Below are positions 63,061 to 64,000 of a stretch of DNA of 64,000 bases, one piece after another. The translations under genes were made by a program, and so were the position numbers. The DNA is from Paragordius varius (Eukaryota; Animalia; Nematomorpha), in the NCBI GenBank assembly GCA_964247055.1, contig OZ176057.1, positions 4,526,001 to 4,590,000 of the forward strand. Reading direction: 5' to 3'. Under the pieces are notes generated by a model. The model had not been told where the DNA came from. It did no database searches and saw only the letters and a list, made by a program, of their open reading frames with translations. Within the stretch, counting starts at the first letter, position 1. Each line of letters begins with the position of its first letter.

Positions 63061-64000
63061 CTATCAAATGAAAAATAAAAAATTATCAAAATTTAGATAT
63101 TTAATAGAAATATTTTTTTTTATTAAATAATATTACGTGAAAATAAAATTATTAAGAAGCATTTAAAAATCTAATTTATAACTATTTTATACTTATATAT
63201 ATATATATATATATATGCTAGAAATTTACAAAAAAATATATTATTACACACGTAAAATATAAATGTAACCTTTTCGAATTATTGCAAAAATTCCAAATAA
63301 AATTACATTAAAAATGAAATTATGCGGACAAAACGTAAAAATATAAAAGGCAAATATTTTTTTAAAAAGACAACCTTACAATTTAATCCTTAATATTATT
63401 AAATATAAATTGTATAAAGCTGCAAAGTATGGAAATGTATAATGGTGAAACAATCAATTATATTTTACGATTGTAATTAAATATTTTATATGGGAAAAAT
63501 TAAGGTTTTAAAAGTATGGTGTTGTCTTTGGAAAAAAATATTTATCTCTTTTTTGTCCGTATAAATCCAATTAAAAACAGTATCAAAGTAATTTTCAAAA
63601 GAATACGCGTCAAAAAATATGTTATGGAAAAAATATACCTAATATATTAAGTATTAATTTTAATACAAGAGATTCTAAAATTTTATATATAATCATTAAC
63701 TTACAAATTCAAGAAAAAAAATGACAAATTTAATTATAGGATAATGAAAAATATTTCAATTTTAAATTAGAATTAAACAAAGATTTACAAAAAACGCCAT
63801 ATTTTGCTTTATTTTTTTACAACAAATATAATGAAAGGTTAAAAGTAATATATAAAATATAATATACCCATTTATTTTTGGTGAACGTGAAATGAAATAT
63901 TTCTTCTTCATTGGGTTGTATATTAAAAATTTTAGTATCGATTTGAATCTACATAATAGAAATAGGTAGAGTTAAACCCAAAAGATATTTTTTTTTCAAA

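Overview
This is very AT-rich (roughly three-quarters A+T by eye) nuclear DNA from an animal. The divergent but recognisable proteins suggest a fast-evolving invertebrate; I cannot name the taxon from sequence alone. I assembled six intron-containing genes by hand from GT..AG boundaries with continuous phase. In order: (1) mitochondrial ATP synthase alpha (minus, 10 exons seen, 3' end not found in the window); (2) a 12-exon LRR+Ig single-pass receptor (plus); (3) LIN-7/Veli (plus, 6 exons); (4) YBEY endoribonuclease (minus, 3 exons); (5) an orphan 100-aa secreted precursor (minus, 2 exons); (6) the last four exons of an INPP5A-type inositol 5-phosphatase (minus). Introns and intergenic DNA are packed with transposons. 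These include a decayed two-ORF PIF/Harbinger with related MITEs, piggyBac-type TTAA MITEs, a Mos1-like mariner relic, a nearly intact RTE-type LINE with a PHD finger inside YBEY intron 2, and several TA-flanked MITE families, one of which seeds a 21-bp minisatellite. The most notable observations are: two required ultra-short introns (24 and 25 nt) alongside multi-kb introns; degenerate 'echo' copies of exon 3' ends plus donor in the downstream introns of two unrelated genes; a ~1.5-kb array of alternating inverted repeats; a reciprocally nested transposon stack directly upstream of the ATP synthase start codon; and the orphan acidic/Arg-rich secreted precursor. I saw no rRNA, tRNA or CRISPR.
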